Assembly (NCBI GenBank): GCA_008632985.1
Contig: QPGO01000003.1
Coordinates: forward strand, 248,001 to 312,000
Direction: 5' to 3'
DNA: 64,000 bases
From: Psammoneis japonica
Lineage: Eukaryota
Below the pieces are notes generated by a model. The model did no database searches, was not told where the DNA came from, and saw only the letters and a program-made list of their open reading frames with translations. A program made the position numbers and the translations under genes. Every line of letters begins with the position of its first letter. Position 1 is the first letter of the stretch. Shown here piece after piece: positions 46,637 through 58,299 of the stretch.

Positions 46637-47620
46637 ATGACGACGTTGATCCGCATCTTTTGCAGACGCCGCAATGATGAGGATTATGAAGCCTTTCTTA
46701 TTTCCCCCGGACTATCGTTTGATGATTTGGAGCGAGCGTTTGCCAATCGATTTGGTGAAGCAACAACAACGCGAGGAAAGCTGTTTCTTTTATCTGAAAA
46801 CGACCGAGTGCGTATTCGCGGATTGGAATATTTAAAGGAAAACGACAAGGTCCTATATGAGCCAAACGCAGCTCCTCAAGGCACTTGCCATCGTCCTGGT
46901 GATCGGACTGTAAATACAGACGAAAATCGAAACGAAGAACAGGACCAAGTCGCCAAGCCAAAAATTGGAGAAAAGTACTTTGTAAAAGACAACGACATTG
47001 AATACCCAGTCAGGGTTGCTGCGCCACCGAGAGCTCAAAAACAGGATAAGGGCTCATGCTATGTAAAGTGGATTGGTTATGCCGGTGGAAAGGTGGTGAA
47101 GGATTCAGACCTTCTACCATGGACGGAGGAGCGCGAGAATGCGTACAAGGAAAAATGTGATCGCAGACAGAATCACGAACGAGCCAAAAGGGAAAAGCAG
47201 CAACAAAAGGAAGAACGAGTACGAAAGCGAAAAGCAAATGAGCGAAAAATCGCTAGGGCTCAAAAGAAACAAGCGAGAATGGAACAAGACGAACGAAATC
47301 GCCGTGCTTTGGACGTCATGCACGGACCACCAACCGATGCATCAGACCTTGATCAAGTGGAAATGGGTGAAGAAGGGACATGGGTCAGACAAGTTTCCAA
47401 GAAACGAATCGTCTATTTTGCCATTGACGACGAAACCATCAAGATGATTGCAGCCAAGTTCCCGTACATTAATGTGGACAAGCTTCTTTATGACAACAAG
47501 CCAATACATGATGGACTCACCATGTGCAAGAGGTTCAAACCTTGTGCCAAGATTGTAATGCCCATATCGTGGTATGCACGCCCCTTCAAGCCCAGCAATG
47601 TAAATAATTCTTCCGTGTAA
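46637..47620 (+). CDS. Hypothetical protein with Tudor/chromo-barrel-like segment, coiled coil and LysM-like C-terminus
   Basis: 327-aa ORF; KIGEKYFVK...YPVRV...CYVKWIGY; K/R/E-rich helix; DETIKMIAAKF..NVDKLLYDN. Confidence 0.55.
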   Translation: MTTLIRIFCRRRNDEDYEAFLISPGLSFDDLERAFANRFGEATTTRGKLFLLSENDRVRIRGLEYLKENDKVLYEPNAAPQGTCHRPGDRTVNTDENRNEEQDQVAKPKIGEKYFVKDNDIEYPVRVAAPPRAQKQDKGSCYVKWIGYAGGKVVKDSDLLPWTEERENAYKEKCDRRQNHERAKREKQQQKEERVRKRKANERKIARAQKKQARMEQDERNRRALDVMHGPPTDASDLDQVEMGEEGTWVRQVSKKRIVYFAIDDETIKMIAAKFPYINVDKLLYDNKPIHDGLTMCKRFKPCAKIVMPISWYARPFKPSNVNNSSV

Positions 47621-47899
47621 ATGGATAAGATGCCTTGCAACGCTGCATTGTTTGCTTTTCTAATAGATAGTAGTGGTTCCACAGTCTTCTTGCTGTGTAG
47701 AGCATCCATGCTAATGACAAGTGTTTCATTACCGGGACGTTAATGCTTTCTAAAGCATCCGTGTCCTATGCTGATGATCCCAGTAAGATGACAGTGGTAC
47801 CTAGAGTAGAGAGTTAACTAAATTTCTTTTAAGAAACGAGCGTTCGGGCATTGCTTTTTTTTTAGCTTCTGCAGCCGGCATGTCTGGGGTGGAACGGAA

Positions 47900-50800
47900 G
47901 GTTTCATCATTGGATCTACCGGCTGAACATCCAAGAGCACAATTTCCACCGGTTCATTAGGCCCACATCTCAGGCCACAACTTGGCCATCAGGAGTCCCA
48001 ACATCTAACCCAACATTTTGTCCAACCCTGTTGTTGACGTCTGTGACTGTGTTGAGACCAACAGTTGCTCCAACAATGCAGCCATAAAAACCTCCAGCTG
48101 CAACACCAACAAGTCACCCAACCTCTCAACCAACGGCAAAACTGACAATGCTCCATGCAAAACCCATCACAATTGCACCATCCATTTCAGCAAAAGTCCA
48201 GCTGCTGCCAAATGCAGTTGACAGGGGCTGCAAAAAGTCCACCAAAGCTGGATGGCCATGCTCAACAAATGTGCAGTGCAAGACAAACACATGTTGAAAT
48301 GGAGTTTGCGTGTCATCGTCTGCTTGCTGTCCAGTGAAGCACAAGTTTGGGACTCAGTTTCACAAACACAAAATCAACATTGTCTTTGTTCCATCAGCAT
48401 TTTCCTTGGTTGGTCACAAGGCCTTGCATGATCAGGTCAACAAGACACAAAGATTCATGCAAAACTGCAACATCTTTGCTGAAGAGATCAATGAGCTGGG
48501 GTGCAATGGCATTGATTGATTGTTGTGGTGAGAGGTTCTTTGATGCATCTTTGCAGCTTCTTTTGAGCATCTTTCTTCTCACATTTCTTCTCATCTTTCA
48601 TTCATCATTTTCAGCTGCAATGTTCAATGCACCCACAATTTGGCCAGCAAATGCTTCCCTGTTGGAACCAATCTTCAAACTGTCATTGTTCACAACTCAA
48701 AGCAATGTGCTGGTGGCGCAGGATGCACTGACGTGAACATTGCTGTGGCAACAATGCATCCTGCAGCCCCTCTTGCATTGGCACATGAGCTTGGTCACTC
48801 GCTCTTTGAACTGACGGATGAGCACTCTTGTGGAGACGGAAATGGCAATGAACCAAATTGTGATGACATGTCATGTGACAAATGGTCGGATCTGATGAAA
48901 CAAAAGAACAGGCCACAAGGTCACACTGGAGTGCAATGCCTCCCAGGATGCAAAATTGGTGACCACTTTGTTGGAGGCAGGACCTTCATGAACAACCTGA
49001 GTGCTCCCATTGGAGCAGTCAATGAAAGGTTTAGTTGCTGCACACATTTGTCATTGACTGAGGTTTTTCCTGCCTGTTGTCATGTCTTTGACCCCTCCTC
49101 AAATTTTCTCTTGAACTGCTGCTGCAAGAGGGATTGCAAAAACCATGGCACCTCCAACTGTGAAAGCAAAGATGCTCTTGCCATGCCGGGTTTCATTGAC
49201 AAAGACAAGGCCTCTGGAAAATGCATGCAAGAGTCTGACCCTGCAATGGTGACAATGTTGTCCAAAGTGAAACGCTCAGGAGCTGCCGCATTCTGAACAA
49301 CACGGGAACCATCAGAGCTGAGCATGTTTCTAAAGTCCAAGGTTGGTGGCGGTTTTCCCAATCCAAAAGCTGCAGCAAAGAAGGGAGTGAAATCCTTGCT
49401 GAAAGTCATGGCACAACACAGACAAGAAGGAAAAGAGACTGTTTGTTTTTTGAGGAGCACAACCATCAATTGTGCTGTGGTTTTTGAACATTTGTCAGTT
49501 GTCAGCCACTGCTCTCCAGCTCTTGCGAGCATTCACAGCTCACACTGGCAGCTGCTTTTCAGGAACACTGACACAAAACAGATCCAAATGAAACGTTGTC
49601 AAAGACATTGTTGATGGCCTGCACCCAAGCAAACAAACACAATGACAAGATCTTCAGGGCTTGTCACTGACCTTGTTGCCAACTGCTGTCAGCTTGGTGA
49701 CCAAAGAAAACAAGGAAATGGACAAAACTGCAGGACACACAACAATGACACAAGACTGGCTGAACAAAAAGAAAACCATGGAAAACAGACTGACCCAATG
49801 GTGAATTTGTGGGGGGGCTGTGAGAAAAATCATCTGCATGCAAACCTTGGCCACATCACGAAGACTGGACTTGCTTCACAGATCAACCATCATGTGGGGG
49901 GTGATGCAACAGTGGTGAGAGCATTGACGTGAGGTGGTGCAAACATTGCAAGTCTGGTGGTGGCATTTTCTTTTAGTTTCTCCCAACAAGTTGCTGGGGT
50001 CTCCACTCTGTTCAGGTGGACACTGTGGCTTTTGCATCTTGTTTTCTGCAAGCAAGATTTCTCCACAAGATTTCTCCACACAGTCAACCAAAATGACCAT
50101 GTGGAGAAATGTCACGACCCTCGTGAAATGATCAGGCTTGTCTGCACGCAAGAAGCTTCTGCAAAAATCTGAGAATGTGAGCAGCAGCAACAGCCCACAA
50201 ACAAAGCAAGTGGCACAAAGCACAAAAAACTGCAGGTCGGATCCAGAGCTTGGTGTGTGCACAGGCAGCTCTCTTTCTCTCTCTGCAGATCTCCAAGCAC
50301 AAAAAATTGACATTGCAACAATGACAGTGGCTTTGCCAATGAGCAACATCACAGAAAAAACTCTGTGTGCTGTGATCTTGAGGAGTTTTGCATGCCACCA
50401 CAGTGTGGAAATGATTGTAAAAAAAGAACTTGCACATGAGCACACACATCTGTTCTCAACTGAAATGCCAGCCCAGCTGGCCCAGCGCTGTGACCAAACA
50501 ACCTGGTTGTTGAGATGGAACAAAGCAGCCAAATGAAAGCACACGCAGTGCCAAAAGTCTCTTGCACCTGCTGCAGCACCTGCTGTCACTCTTTTGCCAG
50601 CAGCGTCTGTTTGCACTTTGTGAGAGAACAGCCTCATTCACAAATTCTGCTCCGTGTGCTTGAACAAAGCATCAAATGCCCACAAAGCTGCCAAGAAGTG
50701 CTTTCATCTTTGTGCAAAGACAACATGTCTGTCATAAAAAAGTGCAAGCAATGTGGCAAGCCAGACATTCACCAGCAACATGCAAAGAATGGACCAAAAC

Positions 50801-52010
50801 AAAGCAGGCAGGAAAGCCTTCTTTTGCAATGACCATCAAGGTTGCTTGAAGTGAGGACATTGCTGGCAAGCTTTCAAGGCAAAAATGACCAGGCTGCATC
50901 TGGTGCAATGAGTTTGGGTGCTGCTTTTGGGAAGCTGGCTGTGGCACTTGGAGGAAGAACAAACATCTCATCAAGTGTTGAAGCTCTGCTCACAAGCTCT
51001 TTTTGACAACAATGGCTGGGTGCTGCTTGCACCCAGGCATGACTGCACTCTGTGGCAAGCAAAAATTTCATCCTTCTTGAAACAAGGTCTCAAACACAAT
51101 GTGTGTGTTGATCAAAAGATGGCTGCTTGAGTTGTGTGTTTCTTTTTCACATGGCCGCTGGATGAGCGACAACCCATTTGAAAAAAAATCAGCACCAACC
51201 GTTGAAAGTGTTTCTGAGCATCGCAAGTGGGTTGCACTGCCGTCCATTGTTTCACATGTGACACAGTGTTTTTTGTGTGAAAAGAGAAAAAAGCTTTGAA
51301 AGAAGTTGAGACATTGTGGCACAAAGGTTGGCTGCACCTGAGATCATTTTTTCAATTCTTTGCAAGTTTGTGTCAGGGCTCTTTGGGAGATCATGTTGCC
51401 AGCAGCCGCTGCAACTAGCAGAAAGCAGCAAAAGCAATCACAGCTGATGCGCCCCAGCTCCAGGTGGGGCCTCATGCTGCTGCACACTGTGGCAGGAGAG
51501 TTTTTTGACAACACGTGCTGAACATCGGAGTGATGCATTTTTTGTGAGCAAAGCCAAAGGCTTCTCATTGCAACCATTTGTTGTGATGCAACAAAAGTCA
51601 CCTGGGCATTTTCTTCAATGTCTGAAGAAAATGCCCTGGCAAAGCAAGAAATGATGCCAGCTTTGAGCGCAAATGAGAGAGTGCACACACACGTGCTGTT
51701 TGCAAAATTGTCTCTTTCTGTTGGTGATTGTCAATGCATGCACCTCCCAACAATTTTGTTGCAGAGCTTGTGTGTGGAATTCTGTGGGCCCAATGCCACA
51801 CGGAGCCCCGCCTGGGGCTGGAACACGCCAGCAACTGGTTTCTCTTCTCTCTGAGTCGCCGCCAACAAGGTGGGGGGAGCAAAAAGATGACAGAAAATGC
51901 ACAGAGTGCAGTGCAGCCCCAGCACATTTGGGAGCATGGCCACTCCCAACATGGGAGGTCTGGAGCACGATGTCTTTCCTAGATGTGAGGAGAAAAAATG
52001 CACAACATGG
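47900..52010. other. TpA/CpG-depleted degenerate domain (includes the M64 pseudogene)
   Basis: Near absence of TA and CG; TA returns abruptly at ~52010. Confidence 0.75.
47930..49440 (+). pseudogene. Third M64 peptidase paralogue, hypermutated
   Basis: Colinear with 122..2221 from the PT linker to the C-terminal domain; HELGHSLFELTDEH; stops, deletions, no Tyr codons in 48640-49296. Confidence 0.92.
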
Positions 52011-52086
52011 CTAATTGCCGTCAGAGGGAGGATTGCCACTCCCAACTGGGAGGTCTGTAAGTGGTACGGAAGAAGACAGAGAAGAC

Positions 52087-53623
52087 CTCCCACGGATCGT
52101 AACATAACGCTGTACCAGGCTAACTGGCACAGCTTAAAAAAATCGCAACGTGCGATTTTTTTGGTTCCTGGTACAAAAACGAAAAATTCTACGCAGAATT
52201 TGCGTAGCCACCATGGCGAATTTGTTTCGCGTCCACCGTCGTTGTCACCTGTTTTCACGAGGTGAGTCACTCAGGATATTGTCGACATTTGTCTATAGCA
52301 CCATTACGTGTTGGCTGAATTTTGACAAGTGCCACTCCGCGCAAGAATATCGATTTCGATTCCTTCGGTGTATGAGTCTGCCGCTGTTGTCGTCGTTCCG
52401 GTATGTTTCGTCGAGTTTGTTATTATTTCCCTCCTCTCATCCCTTTACCTATGCCTCATTCGTTTCATAATAAATATAGATAAAAGGCGCTGATGTGTAT
52501 GGCACCTTTGGAGTGTTTGAGACGAGCTCTGGACGTCGCGGCTCGTGGTTGGTGTGTTTCCAACAGACGACAGCGGTCCGGCACTTATTCTGTTTGTTTC
52601 TCGGTCCGCACGCAGATTCTTCCCCACGAAAGGGCCTCATGATTTACTTTATGGAATATGTTGATGATACAAACAGTGGTGTTCATGGATCATGTATTAA
52701 AACACGGTGTGTGAGTTCTCTGGCAAGCCAGGTGGCCTTGCAAGAAATTCCTTGAAGACCTCTCTGCATCCGATGACATTATGGACACCCTGATCTATTT
52801 GACAACCCAGAAAACTTGGTATCATTAGGAGGTCGAAAGATATCAATCTCTTGGAGGACATCTTTGCAGGTTACAACAACGTCATTCGTGGTGGATCAGT
52901 TGGTTTCAAGGAGCATTTGCAGGTGGGAAAAGGACGTGTACGTGGTTATGCTGGCAATGTTTGATTCGGAGAAGATTGGTGACAGAAACATCACTCCTAT
53001 GGGAATTATTCAGATACTGTTGGGTGGGCTTTATTCTTGCCCGAGGTGCAAAGTATCGTGCGATTGGCCGGGGTTTGTTACTCAGATCACTCCATGCAAT
53101 GAGTAGTATCTATTTTTTGCATCGAGTCACCTTTATCTGGGAATCGAGCTGGCATCTTTTCACAGTCTTATTATAACTCTCTTAGCTCTTTATTTGTTTT
53201 GTTTTCCTGCGGACCTCCTTTTGACTTCAATCCGGCCGTGTCGACGACTCGACCCGAGTTTCCCGATTCGTCACACTTACATTATGCTGGTACAGTCAAG
53301 AGAGTAAAAGTTCTGAAAGAGATCTTTCTTCACTCTTCTGTCAATCAACTTTCCAGTTGAAAGAGATGCACTCGTGTTGTTTTGGACTGGTGGTGAGTAG
53401 ACGGGGTGCTGAATGAAGTTCAAAAGCATGAGAGAATCGAACCTCTTGGTACCGGCCGGTACAATAAATAGGCGGGAGTGTGGAGTGTTACCGGCATAGG
53501 ATTGGGGTGGAGGCCAGACATTTTGTGCTATTACGGCTACGTGATTCGTACGAGGTACGTAGAAATCACGTAGAAATCTCTCTGTGCGCCAGTTGAAATA
53601 ATATATGTTACGATCCGAGGGAG
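52087..53623. repeat. Inverted repeat pair bracketing ~1.5 kb of non-coding DNA
   Basis: ctcccacggatcgtaacata (52087-52106) vs tatgttacgatccgagggag (53604-53623), 19/20 complementary, with further patchy inverted matches inside. Confidence 0.6.
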
Positions 53624-54460
53624 TGGAGGATTGCTTGCGGCAAAGCCCTCGCTCCCGCATCGAGCGAAGCGAAGGCGGTGTCGGGCGATGGACAGACCCG
53701 CTGGCAGCTTGGTGAGCGAGCGAGCTCTTCGATCTACAGAAAGAATAAACAGGCGTCAGACGCCAGTTTCCTAGCGTTTTACCGGTAAAACAATTATGTA
53801 GAAATTGTGTACAATTTTAAAAAAGAGATGAGGTTGGATCGAAAAATGCGACAGAGACGCACAAAAACGCGACACAACACGACAAGCGACAATGGCGACC
53901 ATGTGGGGATAAAAACAATATCCACACTAATTTCAGGCATACTGCAGTAACAATATAAACATGATAAGTGTAGCTGATACAATAATTGGCTCGCTGGTGT
54001 CTATCTAATAGCTCTAATCGATCATTCGAGATGATGCCATTGTCATCAATATCCCGTATTGTTGCTACGCGTAATTCACGTAGAAAATTGCAAAAAAAGC
54101 CATTGACAACGATGCTCTGAAATCAACCACAAACTGCATCCAGAGTCAATATGGGCGCACATCTATACTTATTACTCGCCATAAGACATATCCAATGCGT
54201 TTCGTCTCACAAAAATTAGTCAACAGCGTCACCGGCGGCACGCCATTGTCAGCATCGAATGCCGTACAAAAAGCACGGGGACGACGGAAATCGGCTTCGT
54301 CTGTCGCATTTGTCTGTCTATCGCCCGTTTGTCTCGTAGAATCTACGAGAAAGTTCCCATACATTTTACGGTCTGTCCATGCTTCATCTGACGCCTGTTT
54401 ATTCCTGACAACCGTTTATTCCTCGCGCTTCGATCGCTCTTCGCACTTTTCTTCGCGACC

Positions 54461-55138
54461 ATGGTGAGACATCAGGTGGTGTGGCGTGTCGGCTTCACAA
54501 CGGGTAGTCGAATAGCTTCGACGAATTATATAACACGACACACACAACGGAAACTTTCATCTTTTTCTGAAGCGAAAATAGCAGCAACCAAAAAATGGTT
54601 TGAGACTGTGGTTGTAGGAGAAAAGCTCTGCCCGTTTGCATTGCCCCTGCTCAAGCAACCAGAATTGGTGCGCATTGTGTCCTTGAAGTCATCACTGCCG
54701 AATGAAGCAATTGTAAAGAATGTACGAAATGAGGTGAATTTGCTAATGGATGATTCTTCGAGACAGGAAACCACTCTGGTAGTCATGGATGCACCGTTTC
54801 TGCAGCACTTTTTGCATTTTGTACGATTCTCCTGGACGCTCCAGACGGATGCCATTCCAGAGGAATACCAAAACAAATTGCAGCTCGTCTTGTTTCATCC
54901 TCATGCCACTCACGATACTTATGCCTCAAACCACGTACCGCCCAATCCATCGGATTATACAACTCGATCACCCTACCCAACGATACATCTCTTGAGAGAA
55001 CAAGACGTCATGAGTGCGGTTCAAAGCGGGTATCCCAATTTGGAGCAGTTACCAGCACGAAATAAACGAAAACTTCAAGAACAAGGTATTGAAGCTTGCC
55101 AAGAGAGACTTCAGCGGTGTTTTGATGCAAAGCAATAA
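54461..55138 (+). CDS. DUF1415-family protein
   Basis: TKKWFETVVVGEKLCPFA, ETTLVV, QLVLFHP, DYTTRSPYPTIHLLRE, PARN motifs; basic N-terminal presequence. Confidence 0.8.
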   Translation: MVRHQVVWRVGFTTGSRIASTNYITRHTQRKLSSFSEAKIAATKKWFETVVVGEKLCPFALPLLKQPELVRIVSLKSSLPNEAIVKNVRNEVNLLMDDSSRQETTLVVMDAPFLQHFLHFVRFSWTLQTDAIPEEYQNKLQLVLFHPHATHDTYASNHVPPNPSDYTTRSPYPTIHLLREQDVMSAVQSGYPNLEQLPARNKRKLQEQGIEACQERLQRCFDAKQ

Positions 55139-55813
55139 TACCTAGAGTATAACAAGACCGTAAGCTGAGTTTCTGATCTCATGTGTGTGCACGTTGATTC
55201 GAGGACTGTACAATGAAGTAGCTATGCACCTTTAGGGTAGTTATGTTCTAAGAAAAGATTGAATTCCAGGGACAAGCGGAAACAAGAACTTAGAAATCTT
55301 ACTCGCTACGTAGGATGCAGTAGTAGTAGCATCGGGCGCTGGCACTGCGGCAACATCGCAACGTTTGCTCAGAGCTCGCACTAGTTTCTACAAAACACCA
55401 TGAACAAACCAATTGTGAAAAAAAAGCACACCCTCATCACTGCGGATTACCCTGTCTCACCGCATCTACGCCATCGCGCCTAGAGAACTGCACCACCACA
55501 ACCCGCTGGAAGTGTGCGATGCGACACACCTTTCGTAAAGACTGCTTGTGTAGGTCATTTCAGGAAGGTAAGGATGCTTTTGCGTTCTGCGGCAAACGCA
55601 AATGGTAGTGTCGAGAAAGAAGGCTTGTAGAGATATGAATTCACTAATAAAAGACCATGAATTATTTTTTTCAGTTTTTCGCTTCAAAGGGAGTTGGTCT
55701 GTGATATAGAGGCCTAAAGGGAACGTGTGTGGAGACTGTGTATTTGTTTTGTAAGCAACAAGCAAATCATCATTCTTCCAGCGTTCAAGTCGTCGGAGCT
55801 TCCAAAAGTGCTG

Positions 55814-57610
55814 TTAGGGACAGTCCGGCACCGAACCACTATCAGCAGGGCTTCTGGGAGGCACGACACAAACAGGAGCGGACGTTGGTCCATAGTTGGT
55901 AGAACTGCAATTGAAATTGCCACCACCGGCACCGGTGCAACAAATGTCGTCACCCACTTCGTTGCAAGTGTATATGCCATCAACCGGGGTATCTGCAACA
56001 ACGGGACAAAATGGCAGATTCTGAACAACGTCTCCAAACCTGCAAAACGTTGATGGATGGGGCGGAGTGTTTTCCTCGCCAAGGCATTTTGTACCGCATG
56101 TGGTACTGCACGTCGAAGTGCCGAGCGCTCCAAGTGCGACCTTGACACATCCGCTGGTTGAAGGGCAGCATTTACCTCGGCCGTTGTTTAAGGCACTGAC
56201 AACCTTGTATGCGTCATCGCATAGGCTCTTTTTCTCTGTGGTGCATAATCCGCTACCCTGACAGACACCGTCGATACAATCCTCTGTGGGATCACATTCA
56301 GTCTCGTCGACACAACCGGGGCAGGGGTTAGCACAACTTCCACTGCCATCGCACGCATCCGAGCAGTCGCAGTCAAAGATGCAACTTTCGCCTTGGTTAT
56401 TCTTTTTTGACAAGCAAAAGTCTGCTTCGCATATGCATTCGCAGGTAACAGGGTCGCATGTGCCTCCCGCACCGTCACTGGGGCGTCCACCGCAGTCACT
56501 ATCTTGACTGCACTCTTGGAGCAAGCCCTCGGCATCAAATTTCGTCACACATCGTCCAGTGGGTGAACCAGAGGGAACGTCACTAGGTGACTGCGACGGA
56601 GCTTGGCTGGGCATACTAGAAGGTGTCGTCGACGGAACGTCGCTTGGCATGGGTACTGTGGGACTTTCACTCGGTGAATCGGACGGAACTGCTGACGGAG
56701 CATCACTTGGCGAGCTCGACGGACTGTCACTGGGTGACTGCGACGGGGTTTGGCTGGGCATACTAGTAGGAGCACTCGACGGGACGCTACTCGGCGCGGT
56801 TGATGGAACGTCACTTGGCATGAGGGCTGTGGGACTTTCACTTGGTGAGTCGGACGGAACTCCCGACGGAACACCGCTGGGCGAGCTCGATGGAACGCTG
56901 CTAGGTGACTGAGACGGGCTTTGGGTGGGCATACTAGAAGGAGCGCTCGACGGAACGCTACTCGGTGTGCTTGATGGAGCGTCACTTGCCATGGGTTGTG
57001 TGGGACTTTGACTTGGTGAATCAGAGGGACTACTCGACGGAACATTAGTTGGCATATCACTCGGTGCGTCACTTGGTGAGCTGCTTGGCACACCAGAGGG
57101 AACGTCACTGGGCGTACTCGAGGGAACACTGAATGGGACATCAGTTGGCATGTCACTTGGTGAGCTTGAGGGAGCAACAGACGGGTCGCCAGGGTCGGGT
57201 ATCAGGACAAAAGTCGGATTGGCAGAAGGCACTTCAGTTGGCACTTCGGTCGGCGCAGAAGACGGAGATAGACTCGGCTCAGCAGGAGGGTCTGTAACGT
57301 CCGGCAGAGTCGGTCTTCGAGTGGGACGAGGACCCGGTCTGGGTCCCGGTCCCGGTCTCGCGGGGAACCGTAAGAATCCTTTCCCCTTTCCCTTGCTTCC
57401 CTTTCCTTTGGCCTTCTTGGGAGGCCTCCTTTTCTTTGGGCGCCTCTTCTTCACCTTCTTTCCCTTGCCTCTCCGGGGTGGAGGTTTAGGGCGTTTGTTC
57501 CTTCGCGGCTTTCCTCTCCCCACTTTTCCTCGCTTCATATAATTGAACCGAGAGCCTGCGAGTGAACAAACAACATAGGCAAGGAGAACAAGTAGAGTTA
57601 AGTATCGCAT
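55814..57610 (-). CDS. Secreted mucin-like protein: basic K/R/G-rich N-terminus, PSxxPS repeats, Cys-rich C-terminus
   Basis: MRYLTLLVLLAYVVCSLAG signal; KGKGSKGKGKG; long SDVPSSSP-type repeats; EGF-like Cys clusters. Confidence 0.75.
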   Translation of the reverse strand: MRYLTLLVLLAYVVCSLAGSRFNYMKRGKVGRGKPRRNKRPKPPPRRGKGKKVKKRRPKKRRPPKKAKGKGSKGKGKGFLRFPARPGPGPRPGPRPTRRPTLPDVTDPPAEPSLSPSSAPTEVPTEVPSANPTFVLIPDPGDPSVAPSSSPSDMPTDVPFSVPSSTPSDVPSGVPSSSPSDAPSDMPTNVPSSSPSDSPSQSPTQPMASDAPSSTPSSVPSSAPSSMPTQSPSQSPSSVPSSSPSGVPSGVPSDSPSESPTALMPSDVPSTAPSSVPSSAPTSMPSQTPSQSPSDSPSSSPSDAPSAVPSDSPSESPTVPMPSDVPSTTPSSMPSQAPSQSPSDVPSGSPTGRCVTKFDAEGLLQECSQDSDCGGRPSDGAGGTCDPVTCECICEADFCLSKKNNQGESCIFDCDCSDACDGSGSCANPCPGCVDETECDPTEDCIDGVCQGSGLCTTEKKSLCDDAYKVVSALNNGRGKCCPSTSGCVKVALGALGTSTCSTTCGTKCLGEENTPPHPSTFCRFGDVVQNLPFCPVVADTPVDGIYTCNEVGDDICCTGAGGGNFNCSSTNYGPTSAPVCVVPPRSPADSGSVPDCP

Positions 57611-58299
57611 TGTTACGAGAGTCGGTTCTTTCTGCGGGAGTAGAACAATGAAAGCCTTCGAACCGAAGAACAAACTGTGTTGCAGGTGCAATCAACCCAC
57701 AACAAGAAGGAACGCTTTATCACACGCAAGATCACTTTTTTCGCTCGTGGCCTGCTCGTGGCCAAAATTTCAGAAAAGGGCTGATGATAATTGATTCTTA
57801 TTGCCCCTATTCATAAATAAAATGAATTTGATTCTCCGTGAATGCCGGTTATGACTGCATTGAACTTGGCTCCTAAGTATTTCTATTGCCTCCAGACAAA
57901 AATTCGGCGGCATAAATCTTTAATAATCGGTTCAATTGAACAATTTGCATCGTTAATCACATTTTAACATTTATGTGGAAGCTCTTAAATCATTGGATGT
58001 CCGATTTAAAAGACATCGCACTTAGTATGTCATAGTATGTTTGTATGGTACTGTACGATACGTCTGCGACGAATGTCCTAAGACGTATTCGTAGACCTGA
58101 GAAGACATTTTGTGCAAATGCTTACGTATGACGGCGTAGGACTCATCTTTAACTCGTATACGGGACTCTAAATTTTTTTAAGGCAATACTAATCGTAGTG
58201 AAACCACATCAAAACTGATAGTCAATCTGTGACCAAATTATGTTTTGCCCTTCTTCTTGGACCGTTCTCAACTTTACTGTACTTCCCTGTTGGGAGTGA

